Source: a virus
Virus record (IMG/VR): IMGVR_UViG_3300022908_000001
Coordinates: 9,488-73,487 of that record
Direction: 5' to 3' (one strand)
Length of the DNA stretch: 64,000 nt
The translations under genes and the position numbers were made by a program. This document shows, piece by piece, positions 9,805-20,428 of the stretch (positions are counted from its first letter, which is position 1; the number at the start of each line of letters is the position of its first letter). The notes below the pieces were generated by a model, which saw only the letters and a program-made list of their open reading frames with translations, was not told where the DNA came from and made no database searches.

Positions 9805-12800
9805 TTACGTATTCACTCCTATCGTTATATTATGCGTGTCCGCTGTACTCGGCATACTCAAATTATAAACCCCCGGTGCTGTTATACCCGTTCGTGATGA
9901 GATCAATATTCCGTCAATGTAAAGGTCTAACCGCCGAGTCACAGGTGCACCCGCTCCCAACCCAACAGATATAGTCTGCGCAGGTATAGTTCCAGTAAAA
10001 TTCATACCTGTATTTGTATTTACCGGGGTCGGAAATGTAAATGTCGGTGCACCGGTACATCCCAACGAGGTGAATGGTGTATTGAAACTTGAACTCAATA
10101 TAAAGTTAAATGTCGGTGGTGGTATCGGGCATGAGGTAGCGTCTGTTATGGTGGGTATATAGTTCGTATTAACTACCTTATCAACCAATAAAGCCCAGTT
10201 ACCGGCTATCTTTTTATATAATGTATCCGATAGTCCGTTATACCAAATATCACCATTAGAACCGCCGCTTGGCGTTGCGTCCGTATTTGGATTGTAAGTT
10301 ATTGTAGCCGTATTCGGTACGATAGCATCGGGCGATATATTCTGCACGTTAGGCATTATCCGGCCTGTAAGTACGCCGGTTCCTACATTTTTTTCATCAA
10401 GTATTTTCCATCCATACTGCCCATTGTTGTCACCTCCCGGCGCATCACAATAGTTCGTCGTAGCATCTACTACCCAAATCAACGTGGGATTAGGGTCCGG
10501 AATAACATTGAAGCAAAACTTTATTACGGGTGTCAGGCTTGTATCCGGTTCCGTTCCCTGAAAAGTAAAGAAATCAGCCCCTAATGTGCTTGTACCGGTT
10601 ATCTGTATCTGGTTGCCTACAACGGTTGCGGTAGAGTGAGCGGGTTGCGCTATGATAGCCCACGTAGTTCCTGTTGGGAACAATGGATTGGCCGTACGCC
10701 AATCGTTCGTGTAAAATGAGCCGTTGAAGATATAGTCAATATAGGCCGGTATAGCCCAAACATCCTCTCCGTTTACCCTGTCATGCGAGCCGGATATGGT
10801 CAGTGAGTTTTTGGCTACTTCCGATAATAAATCCCGTGCTTTCTTGTCAAATAAGTACAGTTCTGAAATCGGTATCGAACCATCCTGCGCAATCCTTATG
10901 AATACGCCTGAATTAGTCGATGCATATTTTTGATATGAACCATCATCCAGCCAGCTTTCGGGGTTGTCGCCTATGCCGCCCTCCCATGTGCTGTATTGGA
11001 GATCATTCAGCAATTCAGACGAGGTGGTCAGCAATGAGTTTCCGGTATTGTCCTGTATCAACCGTTTGGATACCGGTGTCCATGTAGTTTTGAGCTGCTT
11101 GTATAGGAATAGGTAATCGCCACGCATCCTGCTTAGTACCATAGCGCCGTATTGGTCATTATAATCCTTCCGGTCTAAGTTATCAAAGTCATTCAACCCG
11201 TTAATTCTGGTTCCCTGTATGTAATTCTTACTGAAACGAACCCGCTGCGTAAATGTAACCTGCCCAAACCCCTGATCCTGTGGGAATACCCGACCGGTGC
11301 CGTACAGATTAGATTGGTAGAAGTCAGAAAAGTTCGGATCGCATATCTGGTCGATAACCACCTGCGGATTTGGGTCGGCATTATTGGTAGGCATAGCCCT
11401 GTTTCTCACGTAAGCGTCGCCCTGTGATATTTGGATGATTGCCGGAGTAGTTACAGGATGTGCAGGGTCTTGCGACTGAATATTCCCTGTAAATGCGCCG
11501 TTCTTAATAGGGTATTTCTGTTGAAAATCCTTAAACTCAAGATAGGCTAAGTTATTCAGGTTTTGTTCAGGACGGTATAGTTCAACTAATGGCATCGATC
11601 CACCCGAAAAGGTGTAGGTAGCAGGTGGTTTTTTTATGCGTAATATCCCGCGTGTATCCCTGTATGAGTAATTCGGGTAAACCGTACTCGTAGCCGAACC
11701 ACCTGCGAAATTCACATTGGCAACCAAAGGCTCGTCCAATACGTAATCCGCACCCGATATTCCGGTTATCAATCGCTGCACATCGTTAATGATGATATAC
11801 TTACCAACGTGCCCCGCATCTGGCGCAACGGATGGTGTTACATTATTGGATGGCGGATTAGCTACGGTAATATTTGCGTTAACCAATTCAACTACATTAT
11901 CAGAATAGGATAACACCTCTGTTTCGTAATATGGTGTATAAGGTGTCGGCGGTGTGGTTGACTCATCTGAAATCAGCCTCAACCGGTCGCCACGTAAGAA
12001 CTCGTACTTTAATATCGTGTCAGGGTGTATCTTTTGATAGGTAAATAAGCTACCAACAATCATATCGAGATATGTATCTTCATTAGCCACAACCACGGTC
12101 GTAACCTGCTGAATTAATAATTGAATGAATGTAGCTGTATCATTGGTTCTAACAATGGAAAAGTAAGTAGCCCATGATGGCGGCAATGATGTGATGGTGA
12201 TAGTATGCAAAGGTTGCTGTAACCCAATAGGAGTAACCCCATCCGCACCATATTCCGTTTCAAATGGCGTACGAACCAGTAGCGAATTAGCAGTATAAAC
12301 ATCGCTTGTTACCCCGTCGTCATCGTAAAATATGATACCGTACTTTCTGCTTGCCCCTTGCTTAATGGTGTTAATGGATAACCCATTGTCCAATAGGGAT
12401 GAGTAATTAACCGGCGTAACGGATGTAGCAAATGTTATAGCGTTCTTGCCCTCATGCGCCTCAATAGTAAAATCCCATGCTGCATTTCCGCCTGCGGCAC
12501 TTTCGCCCGTTACGGTTCCTGTTCCAACTGCATCAATCGTACGAAGCCACTGTTTAATTCGTGAGGCTACCGTACTGGCAGTATCTGCATTGGTTGCAAT
12601 GTACGAGAATGGTCTTGCGCCATTCCCCCCAAAGGATTGTATGAAAAATACGTTCCCTTTCTTGACATCGCTTCCTACCAAAAAGTGTGTCGCGGTAGTA
12701 AACCATGAATTGAATATACCCCCATGCTCGTCTGTGCTTGTCAGGCTCGATGTAAAGGCCGGACTGTTCAGTTGAGAAGTCGTACCAGATGGCAGGTAAA

Positions 12801-13854
12801 ATGGCTTGAATGTTACTACAATACTGGCATCAATATGCACTACCGGAAAGCCTTCCTGAAAATTCGCATAGGACATTGCCCTATTCAAAAACGACTGGCA
12901 CTTTGGTTTATAGGGCAGGTAGGAATATGGCCGTGCTATTTCGTTCTGGTCTACCGATACGAGCGGCCCGTCATTATAAAACGTGTAAATAAAAGTGGAA
13001 TAGTCTGGTATGTTCAGATCATCCTTATTCAGCACAATTACACTTGCCCAGTCATCGCTGTTTATCTTAACCAGTAATTCAATCTTGGTCACATCCCGGC
13101 TACCTGTTTCCAAAGTCCATTCAACCGCATTGTTATTGAATGAAACATTGCCTATGCCAAGATAGCTTTCATTTGGCGGCAATGGAACATCGCTGTATGG
13201 TGAGCAATCCGACTTCTCATTATCGAAATAATAGAAGCGATAGCACATCTTAATCTGTATGCCATACAGGTAGTTCGATGTTTTGGTTAGGTCGGTTATA
13301 AACCGCCATGTTGGGCTATATATCGGTGCTTGCTTGTAAGCCGTGATAAATTCCTCTGTAATGACCGTTCCATACCCGCTTGAAGTCTTGTCTATACAGC
13401 GGTTAATATTCGTTTTGCGGGCTTTATTCAGCCCATCAACCCAATATAACAGGTCGTCCTGTATAACGTCAGCATGGTAGATTGGCGAACCGGTGTCGAA
13501 CTTAAGTATGTCAACACCGTTCGTATCGGTCAGGTTCAATAATACCTGCGTGATAGTATTTGATTTTATATCGTAGAAATAAATTCCGTGATTGGCGTTT
13601 GAGTTCCAGTTGAAATAGTACAATTTGCCCTGCTCTTCATTTGCTGCCCAACCCAAACACTTATTCAACCCTTCCGGCAGATTATTAGCAACCAAAGTAT
13701 TGCCGAGTATGGATGTAGCGACACCACGCCTGCCAGAACCGAATACACGCATATTAACCATGCGACGGACGGCGGATTGCTTGATGAACTGATCTGACGA
13801 GTCAACATCAACCGCATCGACAAAATTGTTGGTTGTGATTTTTTTATCTGCCAT
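9805..13854 (-). CDS. Tail stabilisation/nozzle (muzzle) protein, 1349 aa
   Basis: N-terminal VDVDSSDQFI...RRMVNMRV...ATSILGN, DLLYWVDGLNKARKTNI and later RVRFSKNY...INGLNDFD...YG motifs. Beta-rich and follows the ring genes. Confidence 0.75.
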   Translation of the reverse strand: MADKKITTNNFVDAVDVDSSDQFIKQSAVRRMVNMRVFGSGRRGVATSILGNTLVANNLPEGLNKCLGWAANEEQGKLYYFNWNSNANHGIYFYDIKSNTITQVLLNLTDTNGVDILKFDTGSPIYHADVIQDDLLYWVDGLNKARKTNINRCIDKTSSGYGTVITEEFITAYKQAPIYSPTWRFITDLTKTSNYLYGIQIKMCYRFYYFDNEKSDCSPYSDVPLPPNESYLGIGNVSFNNNAVEWTLETGSRDVTKIELLVKINSDDWASVIVLNKDDLNIPDYSTFIYTFYNDGPLVSVDQNEIARPYSYLPYKPKCQSFLNRAMSYANFQEGFPVVHIDASIVVTFKPFYLPSGTTSQLNSPAFTSSLTSTDEHGGIFNSWFTTATHFLVGSDVKKGNVFFIQSFGGNGARPFSYIATNADTASTVASRIKQWLRTIDAVGTGTVTGESAAGGNAAWDFTIEAHEGKNAITFATSVTPVNYSSLLDNGLSINTIKQGASRKYGIIFYDDDGVTSDVYTANSLLVRTPFETEYGADGVTPIGLQQPLHTITITSLPPSWATYFSIVRTNDTATFIQLLIQQVTTVVVANEDTYLDMIVGSLFTYQKIHPDTILKYEFLRGDRLRLISDESTTPPTPYTPYYETEVLSYSDNVVELVNANITVANPPSNNVTPSVAPDAGHVGKYIIINDVQRLITGISGADYVLDEPLVANVNFAGGSATSTVYPNYSYRDTRGILRIKKPPATYTFSGGSMPLVELYRPEQNLNNLAYLEFKDFQQKYPIKNGAFTGNIQSQDPAHPVTTPAIIQISQGDAYVRNRAMPTNNADPNPQVVIDQICDPNFSDFYQSNLYGTGRVFPQDQGFGQVTFTQRVRFSKNYIQGTRINGLNDFDNLDRKDYNDQYGAMVLSRMRGDYLFLYKQLKTTWTPVSKRLIQDNTGNSLLTTSSELLNDLQYSTWEGGIGDNPESWLDDGSYQKYASTNSGVFIRIAQDGSIPISELYLFDKKARDLLSEVAKNSLTISGSHDRVNGEDVWAIPAYIDYIFNGSFYTNDWRTANPLFPTGTTWAIIAQPAHSTATVVGNQIQITGTSTLGADFFTFQGTEPDTSLTPVIKFCFNVIPDPNPTLIWVVDATTNYCDAPGGDNNGQYGWKILDEKNVGTGVLTGRIMPNVQNISPDAIVPNTATITYNPNTDATPSGGSNGDIWYNGLSDTLYKKIAGNWALLVDKVVNTNYIPTITDATSCPIPPPTFNFILSSSFNTPFTSLGCTGAPTFTFPTPVNTNTGMNFTGTIPAQTISVGLGAGAPVTRRLDLYIDGILISSRTGITAPGVYNLSMPSTADTHNITIGVNT

Positions 13855-13858
13855 ATTG

Positions 13859-14599
13859 CTATAGTTTTGGTGCAGACATCACATTGCTGCGCATGGCGTC
13901 GATCCATGCTGTCAAACCTTCATCGATTTCGTAAGAACTCAAACGATGAAACTCCTCTTTATAATTTTTACGATTTAATTCGCCTAAATTTGGATTTCTG
14001 GTGCGATAGTATTTAGCTAATGAAAAGAACTCAATAGCCTCTTTGCATTGCGATGGAACCCATTCAGGGCAAACTGACAAACCGTCGCTGGAAAAAAACA
14101 TGCCATAAGTATCACTCGACTTCACACTTACACCATTTATAAAACTTCTTCGGTTGGGCTGATCATAAGTAACGATGCCCGTTTTAAAGGCATCACTCGG
14201 CAATCCATAAATCTCGCCAAGCCCAAAGTTCCAACTTACATAAGGTGCAACGGCATAGAACAAGTCAGTCCTGTAAAACTCCCATAGGGCTTGGTCTGCC
14301 GTTCCGTTAAAATTAGTTTTATTGATTGTGCCAAGCAGGGAATCATCAACTGAAAGAGCAAAAGAACGTCCGTTACGGGTAACAAATGTCATTAGTGGCT
14401 TAACGCATGCTTTAGGCCAGCAGATAGCATTCAGGTTATTGGCGGTAAGCCCCTCAATAGTTCCCCAACAAGGCATCGCGTGCAGACTCAGGTCGCGAAT
14501 TGCGTCAAAGACGCAGCCCCACAACGTCTGGTTGTTACTTAGTCCCGGCTCCCCGGTCTCCTTGCATAACTCTATGACTATTTGTTCTGTGGCTACCAT
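13859..14599 (-). CDS. Putative tail ring/adaptor protein, 246 aa
   Basis: One of three coupled ~200-250-aa genes between the capsid region and the nozzle gene. Confidence 0.55.
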   Translation of the reverse strand: MVATEQIVIELCKETGEPGLSNNQTLWGCVFDAIRDLSLHAMPCWGTIEGLTANNLNAICWPKACVKPLMTFVTRNGRSFALSVDDSLLGTINKTNFNGTADQALWEFYRTDLFYAVAPYVSWNFGLGEIYGLPSDAFKTGIVTYDQPNRRSFINGVSVKSSDTYGMFFSSDGLSVCPEWVPSQCKEAIEFFSLAKYYRTRNPNLGELNRKNYKEEFHRLSSYEIDEGLTAWIDAMRSNVMSAPKL

Positions 14600-15207
14600 T
14601 AGTTATCCCTATTATCCTGCGTATAATCCTGCGGAGTTTGCCGCTCTTTCATAAAAAAATCAACCATCAAATCTACCACCTTAACATCTCCCTCCGATGG
14701 CAATATTACTTCGTCATCATCATCCAAATCAGCTACGTGAACCCATTGTTTCGTTCGTACCTTACTTACCAAAGCGGGCTTGTTATACAGCCATACCTTA
14801 GTTTGTCCTTCCGGAAAGTAGGATATAACTGGTTTTAGCTCACCATAGAACCGCTCCAATGCGTTATCACCCTGATTAAGCGGGTAACACATCTTTCCGC
14901 ACATTGTATTTACTTCGAGTGCCCGTGCTTTAGGTAAAGTAATAAGTCGTTTGGGCAGATTGAAATAATATCGTTTCGTAGTTGAATCTTGCTGTATGAC
15001 TACGTTTTCAAAAACCGTGTACAGAAGCGGGTTAATGTTATGCCCACCTTCTGCTTTGTTTTCAGCCCAGTACTGCCCTACCATGACATAGTTTACCGCC
15101 ATACATAGGTAGGTTTCCATTTCGCCCCAGTGAACGGTGCTGTCTACCGTGATGGCACCGCCCTCTATCCTAATTAGGGCTTGCGACACGAGTTCGGCCT
15201 TTGTCAT
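14599..15207 (-). CDS. Putative tail ring/adaptor protein, 202 aa
   Basis: MTKAELVSQALIRI start, YYFNLPKRLITLP; position in the ring-gene trio. Confidence 0.55.
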   Translation of the reverse strand: MTKAELVSQALIRIEGGAITVDSTVHWGEMETYLCMAVNYVMVGQYWAENKAEGGHNINPLLYTVFENVVIQQDSTTKRYYFNLPKRLITLPKARALEVNTMCGKMCYPLNQGDNALERFYGELKPVISYFPEGQTKVWLYNKPALVSKVRTKQWVHVADLDDDDEVILPSEGDVKVVDLMVDFFMKERQTPQDYTQDNRDN

Positions 15208-15890
15208 TTAGATACAGCCTCCACCTGTGCCAATTGAGTTATACCATATTTAGCATAAGCCTGTAATAATTCTTCCCTTATACTGACACCAATCTTTTCA
15301 AGCATTTTATATATGATTAAATTGTCAGCCGCTTCCGGCCAAGCCAAATCAATACTATCAACGTCATCGTAAGTCATAATATCCTCGTCGTCTGTGCTTG
15401 AATAAGTGAACGCTATCTTAGCCTCGGTTGGATAGACTAAGTAATAACAAAAATATGGCGTTATGGCTGCGGGGTAGAAATTTAGCGTTCCGGGGGCGTT
15501 AAATCTATAGTATACTATTTTTTTATTTACACTCGGCGCTCTTTGTGGCATTCTTGCTGCCGCCACCAATTCACTTTCTGATGCTTCTGTTATGGAAAAT
15601 AAAATACTAGTGCCGTCTGTGTAGCCTATAGCCAAGGGACGGTTAACTATTTCAGGATCATTTCCGAGCGATTGAGAGCCGTCAACCATAGATGAACCAG
15701 CCTGTTGTCTAACCCAAAAGTTGAGCAACTCCTTGACCATTTCGTTCTTGTCGTATAGGGGGCTAAGGTCGTTAAACAACTCATACTGAACCTCTGAAAG
15801 TTTGGTATTAAAATAGTCAACGATGTCTGCTCCAGATTGATATTTTTGGATGTAATCAGCACAACGGTTCCAAAGAAAAAGTACCTTCAT
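15204..15890 (-). CDS. Putative tail ring/adaptor protein, 228 aa
   Basis: C-terminal SIDLAWPE...LIIYKMLEKIGVSIRE pattern; position in the ring-gene trio. Confidence 0.6.
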   Translation of the reverse strand: MKVLFLWNRCADYIQKYQSGADIVDYFNTKLSEVQYELFNDLSPLYDKNEMVKELLNFWVRQQAGSSMVDGSQSLGNDPEIVNRPLAIGYTDGTSILFSITEASESELVAAARMPQRAPSVNKKIVYYRFNAPGTLNFYPAAITPYFCYYLVYPTEAKIAFTYSSTDDEDIMTYDDVDSIDLAWPEAADNLIIYKMLEKIGVSIREELLQAYAKYGITQLAQVEAVSK

Positions 15891-15922
15891 TGACTATACT
15901 TGCTTAACCTTGTAAATATATA

Positions 15923-15953
15923 AAAAAAGTGATGCATTACACACCACTTTTTT
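15923..15953. terminator. Bidirectional intrinsic terminator-like hairpin
   Basis: AAAAAAAGTG-atgcattacac-acCACTTTTTT with A/T tracts on both sides. Confidence 0.5.
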
Positions 15954-15999
15954 AACCAAAAATATGAAAATAATTCAGGAAACCACCCCTGAGATCAAG

Positions 16000-17118
16000 C
16001 TAACCATTGAGTTTTTCAAGCTCAAGACCTTTTTTATACAATGCGATTTCTTCCTGCGCTCTTTCAGCAGCAAGCCTAACATTAGTATTTAATCCGGGAT
16101 TGGTAATATCCACGTCCATATATTTTAATACCTTTTCCATTTTACGCTCATCTTTTTTAAGCGTTTGGTAGGCATCCCATAGTTCAGCATCCAACTGTGC
16201 TGATTGTGTTTCAGCTATAGGCGGATTCTCAAAAGCGGCATCGTTTTCAGGCGATGCTAAGTTCGATGCGATAGATGTGTTGGTCAACGCGGCATTGATT
16301 TCGTCAGAGTACATATACCATTTGGCTGATAAATGGTCATCCAATACCTTGCGGGCATCAATGCCATACTGAACCGGTATAATTTCACTTCCGTTCAGAT
16401 ACCAGCGTTGCATACCGTTTACAGTACGCAGCTGTATGATGTGTAGGTCAATCGCTTCCTGTATCTTGCCATTAAATGCAACTTCACGGCTTTCTGCCTG
16501 ATTGATAAACGTAATAGGGTCGGCGTACGCCTTTGATTTCAACGTGCTTTTAACAACCTCGTCGGTCATATCATTTACACCGGGAATGCCGATACCCTTA
16601 GCCAGCGTTTTTAAGCGCGACATAGGCCATGCGTTCTGTCCGAGTATGATAGACATGGCGGTAATTCGAAGTTCTTCTTTATCGTTGTCAACCTTAGCCA
16701 GATGGTCATTATCCAAGAACTCATAGAATACAGGCGCTTGTGGCTTCCTGAACGGGCTTTGACGGTTCATTGGGTTGATGAACCAAAACAGGAATGTCAT
16801 ATCATCATTTACCACCACTAATCCTTTTTCGCCAGATTCCAGTGCGTTATCGGTAGGGAAATACTCAAAATTTTGCTCTTTGTCTTTCTTTTGAGTAGTT
16901 GCCAGTCGCACACGGACTTCTCGGTTCTCCTTTGGCAGGTAAATTGAAAACTCATTGCACATCAATCGATGTAAATGACGTGAATTTCCGTCACCGTCAG
17001 TTCTGGTTGGTAATTGGAAACGTTTTTCACGCGGTGCGGGAATAGAGTTTGGTGGAATGCCTAATCTCTCGAATAGTTTAGCTTTGGTTACGACCTCGTC
17101 GCTGATATATATTGCCAT
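16000..17118 (-). CDS. Head-module protein downstream of the capsid gene, 372 aa
   Basis: Long ORF in the position of the post-capsid gene; no recognisable enzymatic motif. Confidence 0.5.
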   Translation of the reverse strand: MAIYISDEVVTKAKLFERLGIPPNSIPAPREKRFQLPTRTDGDGNSRHLHRLMCNEFSIYLPKENREVRVRLATTQKKDKEQNFEYFPTDNALESGEKGLVVVNDDMTFLFWFINPMNRQSPFRKPQAPVFYEFLDNDHLAKVDNDKEELRITAMSIILGQNAWPMSRLKTLAKGIGIPGVNDMTDEVVKSTLKSKAYADPITFINQAESREVAFNGKIQEAIDLHIIQLRTVNGMQRWYLNGSEIIPVQYGIDARKVLDDHLSAKWYMYSDEINAALTNTSIASNLASPENDAAFENPPIAETQSAQLDAELWDAYQTLKKDERKMEKVLKYMDVDITNPGLNTNVRLAAERAQEEIALYKKGLELEKLNG

Positions 17119-17124
17119 CTTATT

Positions 17125-17646
17125 TTATGTTGTTTTTAATCTGATTGCAGGTCTCCTATTTTGAGCCTGTTCTTTAGGTGTCGCCCATTTACAATTATCC
17201 GGGCAGTAATTACCATTGTTATCGATTCTTTCAATACTAAACTTTCTATTACCATCTGGTCTGCTTCCTACGTCTCTAAGGAAATTAAAAAAATCTTCCC
17301 TCCAAGAATCGCAAACGGATATCCCCCTTCCACCATACCTATGATATCCATCATAATTCTATTTGTGGCATCTCCTTATCATATCCCACCAGACATGATA
17401 TTCCGGGTATTTGGTACGACCGTCCTTTTCTATTACCTTATAGAACCTTGCTCTAACCTGACAACCGCATGATGGTTTTTCAAATTTTATAAACCTTTCG
17501 GGTCTATAAACGGTTTGTTTTCCGCAATCGCAGGTGCAGTACAACATCGTGCATATTTGCGTTTTACCATTCCTACCTTTCCCAAATCCGGTTACGGTTA
17601 AAAGCCCTCTTTTTTCTCCAATTAAATGACTGTAATCTTTTGCCAT
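17125..17646 (-). pseudogene. HNH endonuclease interrupted by an in-frame TAG at 17359-17361
   Basis: CTCDCG...SCGC...[29 protein letters not shown]...[27 protein letters not shown] in one frame, ending at TAA 17125. Confidence 0.85.
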
Positions 17647-17692
17647 ACTAAAATATACAACAAAAAATATAAAGTGCCATTTTTTTTAATTT

Positions 17693-17720
17693 AAAAAATA
17701 GGGAGGGTTTTCGCCCTCCC
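17693..17720 (-). terminator. Intrinsic terminator after the major capsid gene
   Basis: On minus, GGGAGGGC-GAAA-ACCCTCCC followed by TATTTTTT. Confidence 0.75.
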
Positions 17721-17732
17721 GTTAAATTATGC

Positions 17733-19196
17733 TTAGATACCAATGAGCTTTATCATGGTATTTGCCAGTGCATTTTCAGCACCGATCTCAGAACGAATGT
17801 CTAAGAACTTGGCATCTATAGAAGATGTTGCCGGATCAATACCCGCACCACCAGTATAGTGTTGTTCCATTTCACGGTTATACCCGTTCAGTTCTTTGTA
17901 GCGATAACCTACAGAAGCGGTTGCGTCCTTATCAAAACGGCTTTGAACAAAGTCGATTGGCAATACGTAACCTACACCTGCCCAGTTATAGCCTTCTGTT
18001 CCGGCACCCATTTGCTCGTTCAGTTCTTCCTGTGTACGTAACAGGTAGTTGTAACCACCCTTATGAACACCGTCGAAGGCGAGCCATAAGAAGAAGTCAT
18101 TTTTGTCAGAGAATGAATTGAACATATCTGAACTGATCTTACCGCTTGCAGCCGCATATTGGAAGCAGGTGTTGTTCATGTATGTTTTCAGGGTATTGTC
18201 AACCTGTGTGCGCAGTCCATAGGCCATAGGCATCAGGAATGTTTTGCTTGCTACACGCTCGCGTTGCAGGATCGTACCTACGTTATCGAAATCAGGCATA
18301 GCCAAGTTTCCGAAAGCGTAGGTCAGGATGTTACCGCCGTTATTCACGATATAGTCATCCAAGCCCTGAGTAGTACGTACAGGAGTAGGACGGTTTTGAG
18401 CCGCACCCATGTTCTGCGTAACGTTATTATCACCCTGAACAGAGAACCACAATGCTTTTGAAATCCTGTCCATGTGCAACTTTTCAGTTGATTCTGAACC
18501 GACAACAAGCATATAGTTTCCTTCTGCGCCACCAATAGCTTTCACAGGCATACGATCGGTCATTGCTGAACCGGTGATGCCATAAGAAGATTTGATAATC
18601 TGGCAGTTGTTGGTCTGGCGATACAAACGTGGCTCTTTCGGGTCAGCGCCTAATGTACCTTCGCCAAACGCATTGGAAGTTATCCAGTAGCGGCTGCCCG
18701 GATTCAGTTTTGAAACCAAATCATTGGTAGTCAAACGGGGCTTAATAGTTAAGCGGTGAGGCGTAACGGTTTCGTCTTTCAGTACGATTTGAGCCTCGGT
18801 GTTATCAACCAGTTTGATAATATCCCATTGTGCAGGATAAGAAAATGATTGAGTGCCATAACCCGTAACGGTCGTGGTGTACATTGAAGCGGTATCAAGT
18901 GCAATAACTACGGATGTACTGGGGCCTGTAGATGGGGTTACGATTGATCCAACCAAGAAGTTGTTAATGATCCAATCCTGTTCCCAGTGTGCGTAGTTGG
19001 GGCCTTCTACTGCCATACCTAAACCCATTTCTTTGAGCATGGTATACCAGTTCTTTTCCATTCCATGACGGGAAAGCAGGTCTTTACGTACTTGCGGTAT
19101 GTCCGCTAATAAACCAAGTCCGGTTACGAAACCTTCCGAGGTTGTGCCCATCACGGTGGAGGGCTGATTCGAATAATTATAAGGTGCTACTGGCAT
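17733..19196 (-). CDS. Major capsid protein, 487 aa
   Basis: Size, position after the scaffold-like gene, strong terminator, and NNCQIIKSSYGITGSA and TTQGLDDYI motifs consistent with crAss-type HK97-fold capsids. Confidence 0.85.
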   Translation of the reverse strand: MPVAPYNYSNQPSTVMGTTSEGFVTGLGLLADIPQVRKDLLSRHGMEKNWYTMLKEMGLGMAVEGPNYAHWEQDWIINNFLVGSIVTPSTGPSTSVVIALDTASMYTTTVTGYGTQSFSYPAQWDIIKLVDNTEAQIVLKDETVTPHRLTIKPRLTTNDLVSKLNPGSRYWITSNAFGEGTLGADPKEPRLYRQTNNCQIIKSSYGITGSAMTDRMPVKAIGGAEGNYMLVVGSESTEKLHMDRISKALWFSVQGDNNVTQNMGAAQNRPTPVRTTQGLDDYIVNNGGNILTYAFGNLAMPDFDNVGTILQRERVASKTFLMPMAYGLRTQVDNTLKTYMNNTCFQYAAASGKISSDMFNSFSDKNDFFLWLAFDGVHKGGYNYLLRTQEELNEQMGAGTEGYNWAGVGYVLPIDFVQSRFDKDATASVGYRYKELNGYNREMEQHYTGGAGIDPATSSIDAKFLDIRSEIGAENALANTMIKLIGI

Positions 19197-19208
19197 TTTT
19201 TTAAGTTG

Positions 19209-20321
19209 TTAGAGTTTGTAATATTCCTTAACAGCCGCTGCCCTTGTATCCCTGTCTGATTTACCTGCGTTATCAACATTATCCGGCCCACGATTAATAG
19301 CCGATGGGTTATGATATTCCTCACGTATCTTCTTTTCAGCCACATTAACGGCGTGCTGACGCCATGCTTCGTGGTTTTCCAGTATGAGTACGTTTTGGGC
19401 GAAATCAGATATACGCTTAGCGCCATCTTCATTAGCCGGAATATCTGACCAGTTACTTTGTATGTATTGAGCCACTTTAGCAGGCAGTGTTTTTACGCTA
19501 TCTTCCGATGGGGTAAAATCTGCGAATATTGCTTTGTCATCCGACTTACCGTTAATATTTATATTGGCAAAACTGATGTTCTTCAATGCATTATTTGCTA
19601 TCGGCGCTAACTTATCAATGTGTTGAGTTTGTTTCTGCGCTTGTATAGCCTGTTGTTGCTCTTGTTCTGATGCGGGAGCCTGTGATACCTGTGCCTTATG
19701 CTCGGTCAGGTACTTACGGTCATCCTGTGCATCTACTTTAAGCCGGATTTGTTCTCTTGCAATCGTTTCTTCGTCGTGATCTTCGGGGTTGAGTTTATAC
19801 TGGCCTTCGAGATAAATCTTAGCCTCTTTCTCAGTCAATCCCATTTTAACCTGTAGCGCCAATGCCTTAGCATCATAAGCCGACATGCTTTCAAAGTTGT
19901 CATGCTTGTTCAGTTTCAGGAATGCGTCTACTTGCTCGGGTTTTGCGCCGCCTTTTAGCAGTTCGTTGAATTTCTTTGATAAATCATTGGCGAACGGGTC
20001 GGTTGCTACTTTGGCTTTTAGTTCGGTATTCTCGCTGTCGAGTTGGCTTAAGCGGCTTTCAAAGTCGCCAAGTTGTCCATACTTCTCTAAAATGCCCGCA
20101 AGATCGTCTTTGGTCTTAACGCGTCCGTCAGTAATCTTTACTAACTCTGCGTCCAAGTCAAATTGTGGAGCTTGCGCCTGCTCGATTTTTGTTGGCTCGG
20201 GAGTACTCGCTACTTCCGGTGCCGGTGGGGTATCAGGGGTATTAGGTGTTGTTGGTGTTGTAGGTTCGCTCTTTGTTAGAACGCCAGCTTGCTCAAGTAA
20301 GTCTAAAGTATCGTTTGGCAT
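19209..20321 (-). CDS. Putative capsid scaffolding protein, 370 aa
   Basis: Pro/Thr-rich disordered N-terminus and acidic coiled coil, immediately upstream of the capsid gene. Confidence 0.65.
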   Translation of the reverse strand: MPNDTLDLLEQAGVLTKSEPTTPTTPNTPDTPPAPEVASTPEPTKIEQAQAPQFDLDAELVKITDGRVKTKDDLAGILEKYGQLGDFESRLSQLDSENTELKAKVATDPFANDLSKKFNELLKGGAKPEQVDAFLKLNKHDNFESMSAYDAKALALQVKMGLTEKEAKIYLEGQYKLNPEDHDEETIAREQIRLKVDAQDDRKYLTEHKAQVSQAPASEQEQQQAIQAQKQTQHIDKLAPIANNALKNISFANININGKSDDKAIFADFTPSEDSVKTLPAKVAQYIQSNWSDIPANEDGAKRISDFAQNVLILENHEAWRQHAVNVAEKKIREEYHNPSAINRGPDNVDNAGKSDRDTRAAAVKEYYKL

Positions 20322-20428
20322 AAAATGCTTTGGATTTTGTTTTCGTAAAAATACATAAGTACTACTATAAAGTAAAAAACTTTAAATCGCTATTGTTAAT
20401 TCAGTACTTAATACATATATTTGATGCC

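Noticed and set aside
620-20358. Numerous plus-strand ORFs opposite the virion genes (e.g. 844-1167, 3889-4287, 17161-17472, 19885-20358)
   Set aside because: Antisense shadows of long minus-strand genes; no motifs or initiation signals.
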